Positions 24,003-36,590 of a DNA stretch of 64,000 bases are shown here, in pieces. The position numbers were made by a program, and so were the translations under genes. Position 1 is the first letter of the stretch, and the number at the start of each line of letters is the position of its first letter. Below the pieces are notes generated by a model that did no database searches, had not been told where the DNA came from, and saw only the letters and a list, made by a program, of their open reading frames with translations. Source of the stretch: Perna viridis (Eukaryota); contig CM074518.1 of NCBI GenBank assembly GCA_037379345.1, positions 46,589,586 through 46,653,585 on the forward strand, given 5' to 3'.

Positions 24003-25522
24003 ATAGTTTTGTCTATATGTATATTAAAAACGAATCTGCAGTACATTTTAACTGAATTTCAAATGAATAATTAAAAGGGTTTAAATTGTTTCCCAGATTC
24101 GTTGAATGCTTTTCAGGAAATAAAGTGAATCAATTTGTTTGAAGTATTACTCTTACTGTTTTATCTGCGTGATCATTACATGGACCTGTTCTTAAGAAAA
24201 AGAAATTAAGCATGTAAAATAATGATCGTATTAGTAATTAAAAAGTCGTTCTTTGATAAAAGGCTATAAGCATCTCCATCAAATCCAAGTACATTAAATT
24301 AACTTATTTATATTGTTATATAAATATGAGAATAATCTAAATACATTTAAAAAAAACTTCAATCCTAACGCTACAGTATATCAAAGAAGAATTATGATTA
24401 AAACTACTTATAGTTTCTTACTTATAACAACTATAATTATAATTCTATACTATTCACATCATTTGCAGATTTTCCTGAAAACTCCTGAATTATAATAAGG
24501 TCTAAATTAACATTTACATTTTTTTAATTTTATCTATCTGACGCCTTATACCCCATTACAAATTACATATCCAATACCCTATTTCCTACTCAAATGTTCC
24601 ATTCCCCCCAAACACCGTACAAAGCACAAACTTTTTATCAATTTTTTAATAATTCACAAAATCCCGACCAATTATATCCTACTACTACACTTCCTGATAC
24701 GTGTAACGTTCCCAATCCCACGCATATGAAGCACACGAAACACGCACATGAAGGCCACGATACACGAAAGCCACACGACATACGTTGCACGATACACGAA
24801 TTATCGTGACCGCTGGAAATATTCATTAAAATAATTGATATATTTTGGAATCTAACTTGCGAAACGAAATAATAATATATTATGGAATACAGTGTGCATG
24901 TGTTCGTCGTACTTTGTTGATTGCTAACATCTTACATCCAATTTTACATTAATGTGTATTATTGTTTAATTAACACATTCAACATATACAATATCTAAAT
25001 GTCTATATATGTTTTGATATAAAATCACCTTCTTTTTTTCAAAAAGTATTGGTGAAAAATACCCTATTTTGAAATAATTTAGCTGTTTTAACTAATGCGA
25101 TACCATCTTGTTTGTCTAAAAAAGATAATACTTTTCCCCGACCATTTCGGAAGGCCCTTCAAATTTTGGCAGTATTTCATTATATGTACAAATAATGTAC
25201 GAATGTTTGAAACCAATTATTTCATACATGTATTGATTCCTGAATTGTTTTTTTTTTCAATTTAAAAGGAACCACTGACTTTGGCATAGAACACGAAATA
25301 ACAACGGTATTCCGTATAATCGATCTACCAAAGGAACTATTTTTATCATCCAATCAGAATACAGAACCGTTGCACGATACACGACGAATGAAGCCCAAGG
25401 TGAGCACACGAAAAGCACACTCACACGAATCCAACGTTGCACGTTATACGATCCCACGAAACAAGCACACAAAGCACACAAAACACGCACACGAAGCAAA
25501 CGAAGCACGTTAAAATTGGAAT

Positions 25523-25680
25523 GTTCTTTTGATTACCGCTATAACCTTGGTTCCCTTGATTACTCCTTGATTACGGCTATAACCTTGGTTCCCTTGATTA
25601 CTCTTTGATTACCGCTATAACCTTGGTTCCCTTGATTACTCTTTGATTACCGCTATAACCTTGGTTCCCTTGATTACTCT
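25523..25680 (+). repeat. Four tandem copies of the terminal 38 nt of the Penelope-like element
   Basis: ttgattaccgctataaccttggttcccttgattactct at 25529, 25567, 25605 and 25643. Confidence 0.95.
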
Positions 25681-26612
25681 CACACGTTTCAGGAGGTGTA
25701 GAGTACCCAATATTCAATCGATGTACTCATTTCGCAAATAGTACCCAATTACCCATTTCAAAACATAATAAATGTTACCCAATTCCGCCCAATACTCATA
25801 TTAGATATTTTCGAATATACTTACAAGTCAATACCCCAAATATACTATTGATTATATGCCACAGCTATATTGCTTCAATTTTTTAGCACCATTGATAATG
25901 CACCCAAATTTCAAATAGCTCAAAACATGTGACATTATGTTAAAAATATATTTGATTAAAGATGTAAATAATTGAAACAAATAATAACTTTGACTGACAT
26001 ATAATAAAGGCTGTGACTTGTAATAGTATGAGGCACTTTGATAATGGTGAAACTGAAATACAACACATAAAATACACAAAAAGAATAAAAATATTTTTTT
26101 ATGTTCTGTTAAAAACTAAAATATCATTGAACTGAACACAAATAATGAAAGAAATATTCACATAAAATATATCAAATGGATCACTTGATCCAAATCAAGT
26201 CTTTGATCTCCTTAGAAATCCAATTTTAAATCAGTTTTCAACACTAAAATTGAAGGCGTTTTCTTTAAGTTATAAGTCATGTGTACATTTGACAGAAAAA
26301 CACATTGCTAATCAAACAAAATAGCCTTAATTTACTCTTAAGAAAATGTGCAACTCAAAAAGTTTTAAAAAATCAGAATAGTATCACAAAAATAAAGATT
26401 TATACATTTCTGTCCTGAAGTCTGCTACATCCTTTTTCAAATTGAATAAAACCTTCTTAAATTCTTATCTCCGCTACAATAATCATATGCATATGATATC
26501 TTATTTCAGTTTATGACATACTACATGGTCATCTGATTTTGGATATTTAAATTCTTTGACATAACCTTTCACTTCTACCAGCTGTCACGTCATCATCAAA
26601 TTAGACGATCAG

Positions 26613-26729
26613 TCAGAATCTTCTTTTTTTTAAATGCGATAATGCTTCCTCCAGACACCCACAAAACTCGTTCGGAAACAACATTTTCTTGAGCTTGAAG
26701 TAAGCACCAAAACGACACATTGCATAGTC
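26613..26729 (-). CDS. Choline kinase-like terminal exon (DYAMCRFGAYFKLKK...HLKKRRF*)
   Basis: gttttAG acceptor. DYAxxRFxAYF C-terminal motif. TGA at 26613-26615. Confidence 0.9.
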   Translation of the reverse strand, partial: DYAMCRFGAYFKLKKMLFPNEFCGCLEEALSHLKKRRF

Positions 26730-27809
26730 CTAAAACAAACGGAAACAAATATATGAGTTATTGGTTTTCGATCGGAACTACTCATCCTTTGGTATTGTTC
26801 TGATCCAATAATAAAAATATGGTTACTTATAGGCTTTGTCTAAGAAGAACGGAGCCATTTGTACTTGAATAACTTTGACCTTTGTTGATAACGTATCGCT
26901 ATATTGTTTTATCAGCAAAAATTCCTATAATTCACGCTGTGTTCAATAGAATCACTTCCTAACAGCATATCAGAATTACATCACTGCCAATAGAACAAAA
27001 TTAAAATGTCAAAAGTCAAGAAATCAAAAGTTTAGGAAGGGTCTGTCACAACTTTGAAGGTACGCACTCAGTCCGCCTTTTCAACCACAGTAGGTTCATA
27101 TTTCAATACAATAATTCATCGGTGATCTTGAAGTAGCAAAGGCAACAGAGGCAGTGTCTGGACCAACCGGTTTGTGGATACGCCTTAGCACTCATCATTC
27201 TTTCCCACGCTATGGACCAAAATGGTATGGCAGTAATACCATATACAAATATTTGGATAGATAGAACTAGAAAGCATTTTCAATTGTCAATGGGATGGAC
27301 CCAACCCTCCACGAAAGATGTTAAACTAGGCACTAACAACCCTAATATATGAAAAGGGAATGTTCCAGACAAAGCAAGAAGGCAATCCTTGTTGCTGCCT
27401 CCCAATGTCATTTTCTGTATAGAACAGTAAGTAAGTAGTTTAATTCATTATCAATTTCCCCTACATCATAAACTACATAAGTATTCTTGAAGATTCCCTT
27501 TGATGTAACTTCTTTTAACTAAAATGACCATATCTGAAATGGCATTCCTGGTCCAGATAATTTTGATAGAAAGGATACTACGACGACCACTGACCATACA
27601 TATCATAAAGGATTACAATAAGAACGTTCATGTAGATTAAATCATGTGAAAATAAAGAAGATTGTAGAATGGTAAAACTAGATATGAGAAATAAAAGAAA
27701 ATCAAGGGAACCAGGATTCGAAATGTAATAAAAAAGAACATAATCCAGATTTTAGCTAAACCCAACTGTTTTTAAGTTATTTGCGTAATTTTACAATTTG
27801 AACAATATA

Positions 27810-28023
27810 GTCTATTTTAGTAACGGCGGCCATGTTTTTGCCAGAACAAAATTTCCCACACAAGGATTGTTAAATTACCACAAGGAACACTCTTGCAAAG
27901 TTTGGTTACAATCTATTGAGTAGTTTCAGAGGAGATGTTTAAAAAACTTTACGGACGACGACGACGATGGACTACGGACATATAGTGAATAATTCACACG
28001 GCTTTTTGGCCAGATGAGGTAAA
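27810..28023 (+). mobile_element. Helentron-associated (HINE/pearl-like) element 3' end
   Basis: ggcggccatgtttt...agtttggt...agtagtttcagaggagat core, (GAC)n microsatellite, and terminal tcaca.ggc...gcca.atgag hairpin. Confidence 0.6.
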
Positions 28024-28084
28024 AACGAGTACAGCATACCAAAATTTGTAATATTCATATACCATGTCAATCTTGCTAACTTAC

Positions 28085-28257
28085 CATGTAATCGAATGCA
28101 ATGTCCGATTTATAGGATGAGACCACACTCCCCACATCAGATGAGAAGCCAAAGCACACGTGTTTGTCTCCCTGTACATACTTTCTAACATAAGTTTTAA
28201 CTCTTCGTTATTGCCGGTTTTGTTTTGAGCTGTGAGATATTCTCGGAAGAAATGAAA
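28085..28257 (-). CDS. Choline kinase-like exon with ~7-nt deletion (FHFFREYL...ASHLMWGVWS/del/SYKSDIAFDYM)
   Basis: ttattgcAG acceptor, GTAAGT donor. Length 173 nt is not a multiple of 3. The homologous SxIxFxYM motif continues in another frame after 28118. Confidence 0.88.
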
Positions 28258-29358
28258 CTGCAATAAATACTACAGTAAAAAATAAGGCTAAACATTTACC
28301 GTACATAACGATAAGTTTCGCAGTACGACCAAACGTTTGCTTTAGTTCTGGCAGAAAGTATCAAAGCAAAAAAAAAACAAAACAAAAACAAAAGCACTTT
28401 TATTTAAAACAGAAAATACACTAATGCAGGGTTTAAAAGTAAAATTGTCGACATTAAGATTATTTCCTAGCAAAACAATAAAATTTCGGCTGTTAGATAT
28501 GTCTCAGGTCTACAATATAATAAAAGTTAAAGCAAAGTAAATGATAAAGTATTTTTTTCTGCATGAAGATCAATATATTAAGAATTATTTTTCTTAAATT
28601 TGATATCTTCTTGCATATACAATTTAGCAAAAAAGTCTTCTGTCTATTTAATCTTTGGGTTTCTTAAATGTGTTTGAGGTTACTTTCAAAGGAGATAAAT
28701 AAGTGTGACATTGCCATATATACACTAGTGAGTATAAATTTGCGCATTTACTATCGGAACTCCTCGGTCATTTCTATTACAATAAAATGATATAGCTATA
28801 AATAAGAAATGTCGAATACTTTCAATCGGACCCGTTAACTAATTTTAGTCACGTAACATATGATACTTCACAGGCAGATAAATCTACCTATCACTGGCTA
28901 CTTAGGACAAGAAACAAATCAATTGGTCGCTCCCTACTGTTCTTAAAATCTATTTTCATAATAACGTCACATTTATTGGTCTCACCTTCAAGAAACACAA
29001 GACAAATATTGAAGCCACAGAGAAAGAGACGGGAGTACTGGAATACCCATTTATGATATCAAAAATAAAATTTATCCGTCAGTTTGTACAAGGTCTGGCA
29101 AGAGATATAATTTTGCCCAACAAATAAACTTTATTTAGTTAATAGTTACACAAAATACCTTATTTATCGCAAAAATCATTTGTTTACAAATTTCCAGTAA
29201 AACGAATAATACATAAGAATTTACTGTATATGTTTTGCTTTTTCGCATATTTAACGCCCCAAAATCAGTTTATATTTGTCAGACCGGAGGAATGTTAGAA
29301 TGCCAACCATTTTCAGGACGTCTACTAGTAAGAACCAAACACATTGTCCAATACTTAC

Positions 29359-29470
29359 TTGCTGAGATTTCTTAGGGTAACTTTCCTCATGATATGAATA
29401 ATAAGGCTTTTTCTGAATACTTTGATAATCAAAACACCATTCGCAAAAATGATTAGCAAAATCAAATCCC
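29359..29470 (-). CDS. Choline kinase-like exon (GFDFANHFCEWCFDY...YPKKSQQ)
   Basis: gttttcAG acceptor, GTAAGT donor, 112 nt, phase 2 to 0. GFDxxNHFCEW motif. Confidence 0.95.
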
Positions 29471-30219
29471 CTGAAAACATAATAAATAATTGAAAGATCA
29501 GTATTTTGTAATTTTTGGACATTCTGTTTCCATTTCCGCAATAAATTTACAGGAGTATTGCACTGCCTTCCGTGCTGCAATGCTTGAAAAAATGTGCAAA
29601 AAAACCTGCATGAATACTTTTCCCAGTTGCGAAGCAAAGCCTTTAGGAATATTGTATCCAATGCTATAAAAGAATCTGTAGTATTTTATTTTTGTGGTGC
29701 ACGAAAAGTACATATAAATCTATAACTATAAGGGAATGAATACACAGCCTATAAATAAACTTTCTATAATCTATTGTAGACTATGGTTTCTTCCGCTTGA
29801 CCAACTAACCAAGTGGTCTAATTTAATATTTAAAAGAACTAGATCTATCTAGTTCCAAGAAGCTATACTAAAATTAGAACTTCCTTGTTTCGTTCCAAAT
29901 GCACATATTTATTTATCTGGTTCATAAATCATAAACATTAGTATAGTAATAACATTAACACAGAGTCCATTTAAGCATTCAGCAATCTCGGTGGTTCAAC
30001 TGGTTTTCCAGAGTACACTTGTAATATGTCCAAGACTTTTTCAAATTTCAAATCTGAGGTCCAACGCAAGGAAAAAATATGTTATCAAAAGTGTCAGTGT
30101 TGAAGATTGTGGGGTCAGGATTTTGGTAACAAAAAAAGACTTCAAAAGACTTGGTTCGGAAATTGACAAAATGCAAATTTGAAAGCCACCCTGAAATCTG
30201 CAATTAAGGTTACTAATAA

Positions 30220-31320
30220 AGAGTAATCAAGGGAACCAAGGTTACAGCGGTGATAAAAAGAATGTAATCCAGGGACAAAGACCAGACATGGAAAACAGAC
30301 ATACACAACAAAGAACATAAAGTAACTAAAATCATACATGCAAAGTAACAAAAGTAAATGAGCAACTAGTAGACAATGGTTGTGCTAAATCGGGGTCTTT
30401 GAAAACTGATGTAGCCTTGGCACTCATTGACGTACTTAAAACTTTCATTCGTTTCAAAATTAAAGACCTCACGGTCTTTAACCACTCTGACAGAAAATCA
30501 TGTCTTCTTGTTCTCGTTCTATCCATTTTCTTGCATAGTCCTCGACGGCATCCATAAGAACTTTAAAGTTATAATTCCAATTTATGGAGCGTGGTTCACG
30601 GTACTTGGGACCTTTAGAAAGGATATTACGTAGAGATTCGTTTTCGATAATGGTTAAATCTCCCGTAACGACGTGACCAGAAGGACCATACTTGAATGGA
30701 GAGGTTTTGCAAGAATAGTCAGGTGGTTTAGCCTTGAAGTCCTCAATCTCGAGGTTCTGCAATAGCCGTTTATAATTGAAAATTTTGGATGCAATGGGTG
30801 AAGTATAGGAATATGAAATAATTGGTATGGATTTGTTTTTGAAATACGGGGGAATTTTGTTGGTAACGTTTTTGTGATGGAGGATGTTAGCTAAATTAAT
30901 TGCATCTATAGCTTTGTTGACAAACGGTAGTGGAAGAAATGATCGTTTTTCGTCATCTTGACTTTTCACACAAACTGGTTTAAAGAGTCTGTGGAAACCA
31001 ATATCCAAAATGATGGCAACAAGTCTGTATAATGATGAGGTGGGGTCAGAAACAAGAGTATCAAGACTTGTTTTGTAAAGGGAGTGTAGTAGAGTGAGAG
31101 GTATAGAATAAAGTTTGGTTCTAATGTGATGAAGTCCAAGAGGTTTTTGTATGAAAGGAAGGAGACCATCTGTGGAGACATCATGTAACTTAGGTGACGT
31201 ATAGTGGCGATGGCCATGACTCCTTTCCCGTCTTGGATTTTTGTTAAATAAATTCATCACATTCATGCTATTGTTATATTGGCTTGAAAGGTTTCCGATA
31301 CTTTGATGTTGTCATTGCAT
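30220..31320 (-). mobile_element. Internally deleted Penelope-like (Naiad-type) element: end of N-terminal endonuclease region plus linker, fused to the 3' UTR
   Basis: CNDNI..IGNLSS..NVMNLFNKNPRRERSHG...SPFKYGPSGHVVTGDL...LSKGPKYREP (ORF 30478..31266), then LSEWLKTVRSLI...VFKDP. Abrupt junction at ~30368 to the 3' UTR. Confidence 0.85.
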
Positions 31321-32449
31321 TAAAATGATGATAAAAAAAAATAACATTAAAATTTTTTGAACTACATAGTTTGTAAAAATATTATAAACTTTAGCTTTAA
31401 ATGATTTCATGAGCTTTTTGTTGTATGCGCAACACCAGTCAACAACGCTCTGTACCCACAAAGTTGTGAGGCTTCATGACTGAAAGTGTAGTGTTTTGCA
31501 ATCATACCCCTTTGTCCCTGGATTACATTCTTTTGATTACTCTTTCATTTTGTAAAATAAAAACTTTTTAGGGTAACAAAAAAAAAAAGATATCCAAATC
31601 CAACACTTATACTAGCTACAAGTACATGTGTCCTTTTACATAAATATTATTACTATCAAATATTCATTCTCCATAAAACTGCAGTATAAATACCTCTGTA
31701 CATCAGATGGATAGTGAAAATAAATACATCTTGTAAAATAGTAATACAGAGAGACTAGTGACAAGTCTACACTATAAACAATTGCATATCTACATTCAGA
31801 AAGTATATACTCATTATTCATAAAAAAAAAAACCAAACAAATGAATTTAGAACGATGCGTCAAGGACAGTGGTAATTATATGTAAGCTAATGCATCCCCT
31901 GAAAATTTTAGAATAGCTAGAACTAACAGAACTATTTAATAGTATCTGATTATTAACAAATTATAAAGGATATCTCTTAAAGATGATTACAAAATACTTT
32001 ATTGCGCTTAAAGGAACAATTGTTTTACATTATATAATTGTGAAGACGCACAAACATTAAAGCTAAATGGGTCAAAACGGATTGAAATGAAGTATATTTG
32101 TTATAAACATTTTTATGAATAAATGGCCTCGAATTCTTTACATTTTTTATAGGATTAAATAACATAACACATAAATAGAATCCAAAGATTTACAATACCG
32201 CAAAAAATAAAAGGCAAACATCTCAGTTGCTATGAATACATACAAAAGTCGGTCAAAATTTGTTTACTTCTTAATTCTAAAATCTAATACTGTTTTCGGG
32301 GTTTAAAGTTAATAATTAAGTCTCGTTTTAAGTAAACACACGTCGCTTAAATGAATATGCAGAAAAGCAGCAATACCCAACAATTAAGTGAGCGAAATAG
32401 AAATAACATACAAAACACAGTGATCAACTTAAACACTATCGAAATTTAG

Positions 32450-32954
32450 AAGTACAACTAGAGCATATACCCGACACTGTAGAAAAGGAAATACAACTAG
32501 AGCATATACCCGACACTGTAGATAAGGAAGTACAACTAGAACATATACCCGACACTGTAGATAAGGAAGTACAACTAGAGCATATACCCGACACTGTAGA
32601 TAAGGAAATACAACTAGAGCATATACCCGACACTGTAGATAAGGAAGTACAACTAGAGCATATACCCGACACTGCAGATAAGGAAATACAACTAGAGCAT
32701 ATACCCGACACTGCAGATAAGGAAGTACAACTAGAGCATATACCCGACACTGCAGATAAGGAAATACAACTAGAGCATATACCCGACACTGTAGATAAGG
32801 AAATACAACTAGAGCATATACCCGACACTGCAGATAAGGAAGTACAACTAGAGCATAAACCCGACACTGCAGATAAGGAAGTACAACTAGAGCATATACC
32901 CGACACTGTAGATAAGGAAGTACAACTAGAGCATATACCCCACACTGTAGATAA
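32450..32954. repeat. 39-bp minisatellite, ~13 copies (aagtacaactagagcatatacccgacactgtagataagg)
   Basis: Direct tandem periodicity. Explains the 13-aa repeat ORFs. Confidence 0.97.
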
Positions 32955-33902
32955 AGAAAGTGCCCATTTCTTGTTAATTTATAGACAATGTTTATATACA
33001 AGGATAGCCAAATTTCTTGTCAGTCTAATACGACTTAAGTACTTCCCTGTCTAGGAATCAGGCAAAATGTGTATAAGGGTTGCACAAGAAGAAAATTGTT
33101 GAGATTTCATTACATTATCCAAGTATTTATACCTCATATAAACCTCCAGAAATAACAATCAAAGTGTTTGTAAAGTTTGTCTTCTTTAAGATATTGAAAG
33201 GTAAAATGTAGTTGACATAAACTATGGACAAATTAAAATTTTTCCCGCACTTTTCCCCTAGAGAAACAGTCAAAAAGATTTACGTTTTTCTGCTGTTTTC
33301 AAGATGTAATGAATATATATGAGGCAAAAAAAAAATTGAGAAAATTATGTGCCCCTATTGCATGATTCGTACAAATAATGGAACTTAAGTCTTTGATTAC
33401 TCTCGTAAATAGTTATTTTTGGTCCAGTCTTCGAAGATCTACAAATTTCCAAAAGGTCAATAATTTTTTGTATACATTTTATTAAATTCGCTTTATTATG
33501 ATTAATTAAACACACCTTAATGTTTAAACTCTGTCACAACCGCAAATTTGATACTGACAGAGAAAAGACGACATAAACTGTTTGATTGAAAATTTCACAT
33601 TTTATCTATAAGGCAACGTATTCAGATAACTACAGTCAAACCTGTATTAAATGACCTTCAAAGGGAAAGTAAAATCATGATCGCGTAATAAATGTCATCC
33701 TCACAGGAGTCCTGACATGGTGGGGATGAATACTGGCATGCGGTCTTTATATACAGAAAATCTACATAAAGTACCCTGGATACTGGTATGTTTTATTTTT
33801 GGTATAACAAGAGATATTAAAGATGGCGGCAAAGACAAGTTTGACTTATAAATGTAAAAAAATTGGTAAAATACTGCACTTCATAAACAGGCTATTTCCT
33901 AC

Positions 33903-33987
33903 CTATAATTATAGCTACAGTACTCCAGGTCTATCACAGTCAATTGTCGTTCTTGGTCGGGACAGCCTCTAAAATACAGAAGGTTAC
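33903..33987 (-). CDS. Choline kinase-like exon (NLLYFRGCPDQERQLTVIDLEYCSYNYR)
   Basis: tttttttcAG acceptor, GTAGGA donor, 85 nt, phase 1 to 2. IDxEYxSYNYR choline-kinase motif. Confidence 0.93.
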
Positions 33988-34829
33988 CTGAAAAAAACAA
34001 GTAAATAAACTTCGTGTATTTCAATCAGCTTATAGATTGTAGTGCACAAAAGAACATTAATTATTATCATAGTTTAAGATGATGGATTTGTTTATAAAAC
34101 GTAAATAATGATTTAAATTGATAGCGAAATGTTCGTGAAAGTCATATAAAATTCATGAATTTGGATACAGTTGAAATTTCACCATGCTATATGAAAAGAA
34201 GACAAAACAAAACAAACACACAGAGTATATGATTTCTTCTAAAGGGGTCAGGTAAGTTGCACTCATGAATTGTGGATTGATTAAATTTGGTCACTTTTCT
34301 TAATGAAAAAAAACAACTTTTTCTTCTTTATGCGTATTTGTTTTTCGAGTCAGACACTATCACCTTTGTTTTAAAAACCACCTATTTAATTAGTTAAGTA
34401 CCACTCCAGTTAAGTATCATGCAAAGTGTGATTCATATTTCTATTTTCTATTTCTATTGAAATACACTGAAAATAAATATTTCAAGGGCAGAGAACTATG
34501 TCAAAACACGAATTTCTCTATATTCTTCTGAAATTTTTTTAGCAAATCCGAAGAAGCAGAAACCAAGTAGTGGTCAAATAAAGAAAACACCATTGAGTAA
34601 AATTATCTTGTCAGATCGGTGTGGTTTTAACATACATGTTTCTGATTTTCCCCCATTTTGCTTGATCTTACAAACGCTGAAACTGAACACATTGGGTTGG
34701 CCTTAACACTGTATGAACGACATGGCAATCACAACTAAGCCCTTATCACCTGATAGAATTACATTAATCATGGAACAGAAGTCATGACTGTACATGAAAC
34801 ACATGTTAAGCACTAATCGATAGAGAATG

Positions 34830-34856
34830 TCACACACACACACACACACACACACA
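34830..34856. repeat. (CA)n microsatellite
   Basis: cacacaca run. Confidence 0.95.
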
Positions 34857-35811
34857 ATAATAATAACAAACGATCGTTAGCATTGTTCATCACGAACTGT
34901 ATTTCTATATTTTCAATTATTTAATATGAAAATGTGACAAGGTCTACAAATTAATAAAATAAATAATTAATAAGTTATGAGGCTCATCCAATAGTGGACC
35001 AAGGGGATTCGAGGGGTTGGGGAATGGGTTTTCGTATGGAGGAATGAAAAAAAAATGGTGTAAACGGTTAAAATATTGACAACATACATCAAGTTATATT
35101 TAATTCAATTAAAAAAGTAGTTTGAAATGTAGAATAATTAAACAATATATAATTTACTTAGGTAATGTTATTACATGATGAAGATACAAATGTTTCTTTT
35201 TGTCGTTATATTGCGTTTTAAATTTAATTGGAAGAATTGTCATTGTTCTGGTCCTGTGTAAATTTAATTACATTGTTTTCGGGCCCCCAAGAGCTTACTT
35301 AGAGGTATGTTTACACTTGTTGAAGAACGTTTGGTGATCTCAGAAATCGTTTACTATTTTTATTAATTATACACTGGTTCATTTTTTTGCGGTTCACCAT
35401 ATTTGTTCCTTTTCCCATTTCTATAAAGTAATTTAAGACCAGTCAAACAACAAATAAACACTTAAAAGATGCATAAATATTCTGGCTACAGTTGAAGATT
35501 GAAGAGTCTTCTTAAAACAAATAAACTATTGTATGTTTGATGAAGGCATGAAAATTACCTAATTAATAACCTTTTTTTCAGTTGTATTCTCAAAAAATTC
35601 CTCAAGACATTTTCTAAGAAATTACAACCGATTAACAAGAATTTTTTATCATGAACAATGTACATTACATACAAAAGTATCTATACAAATAAATATTTTA
35701 TATTCCAATTTAAAAGTCGCAATGCCAAAAGTAAGCCAGATATATTGGTTCATTGGTACCATTTATAAAATATGTAGAATACTAAGGTGCATATAGCCTC
35801 ATTAATGTTTT

Positions 35812-36017
35812 ATATCGATGGTAAAGGAAAACTACCGGTGCACCTGGTCCATGCTCCCAGTTTTAAGCCCGAGTTGCTCATTTGCTTTTGTTACTTTGTA
35901 TGTATGATTTTAGTTACTTTGTCTTCTTTGTTGTGTATGTCTGCTTTCCCTGTCTGGTCTATGTCCCTCGATTACAATATTTTGATCACCGCTATAACCT
36001 TGGTTCACCTTATTACA
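35812..36017 (+). mobile_element. Penelope-like (Naiad-type) fragment: short RT piece (IDGKGKL) fused to the 3' UTR
   Basis: atcgatggtaaaggaaaact matches 51560-51580 and is joined directly to accggtgcacctggtcc of the UTR. Confidence 0.8.
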
Positions 36018-36459
36018 CTTACATGCTTATTAGATGGACACTTGTAAATTAGGTACAAAAATGAAATTGAATTTCCGCAAAGTAAATAAGATTTATGGCT
36101 TGTGAAATACCCTATGATTATGTAATCCATTGATTTATTACAATATTTTAGTTGTATGATTATGTTGACGTAGGGAAAGTTCAGTATCTATTAAAATGCA
36201 ACTTTATAGTCCAAAATTTCATAGGCGCTTCCTCCAACTATCAAATATTGACACATTAATCAGCATTGATATCTAATTAGTAGTAAATAATGAAATCAAT
36301 TGATTGATAATTATTGCTTCCCTATTCATTGTTAAGTTTCGATTTGTTTTAAGTCACTACATACTTTCAGAACTGTAACTCTTAAAGACCTTTTTCGGCA
36401 CAAAATTCAAACCAAATACATTGAATACCGGTAGTATAATTTCTTACAAAATACAATAC

Positions 36460-36518
36460 CTTCTTTCAAGTCATTATGGGAAAAGACCACAGGTGAATTT
36501 AATGAAGCAAGCTTTCTC
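36460..36518 (-). CDS. Choline kinase-like exon, Brenner motif (RKLASLNSPVVFSHNDLKEG)
   Basis: ggttacAG acceptor, GTATTG donor, 59 nt, phase 2 to 1. SPVVFxHND motif. Confidence 0.93.
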
Positions 36519-36590
36519 CTGTAACCAAATTAAGTAAACATATAATGAAATTATGCTATATTTATATTCAATGTATATATATAATTGATA

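Noticed and set aside
24590-25510. CACACGAA-rich low-complexity blocks and the ORFs spanning them
   Set aside because: Two diverged simple-repeat patches, probably transposon subterminal sequence. Element boundaries could not be defined.
27050-27600. GC-richer stretch in the last kinase intron with short open frames on the plus strand (possible nested gene)
   Set aside because: All frames examined are interrupted by stops and no motif was recognised. Probably an old TE remnant; BLASTX would be needed.
32429-33001. 190-aa and 169-aa repetitive ORFs (YLQCRVYALVVLP / SGICSSCTSLS repeats)
   Set aside because: Translations of a 39-bp intronic minisatellite whose period is divisible by 3.
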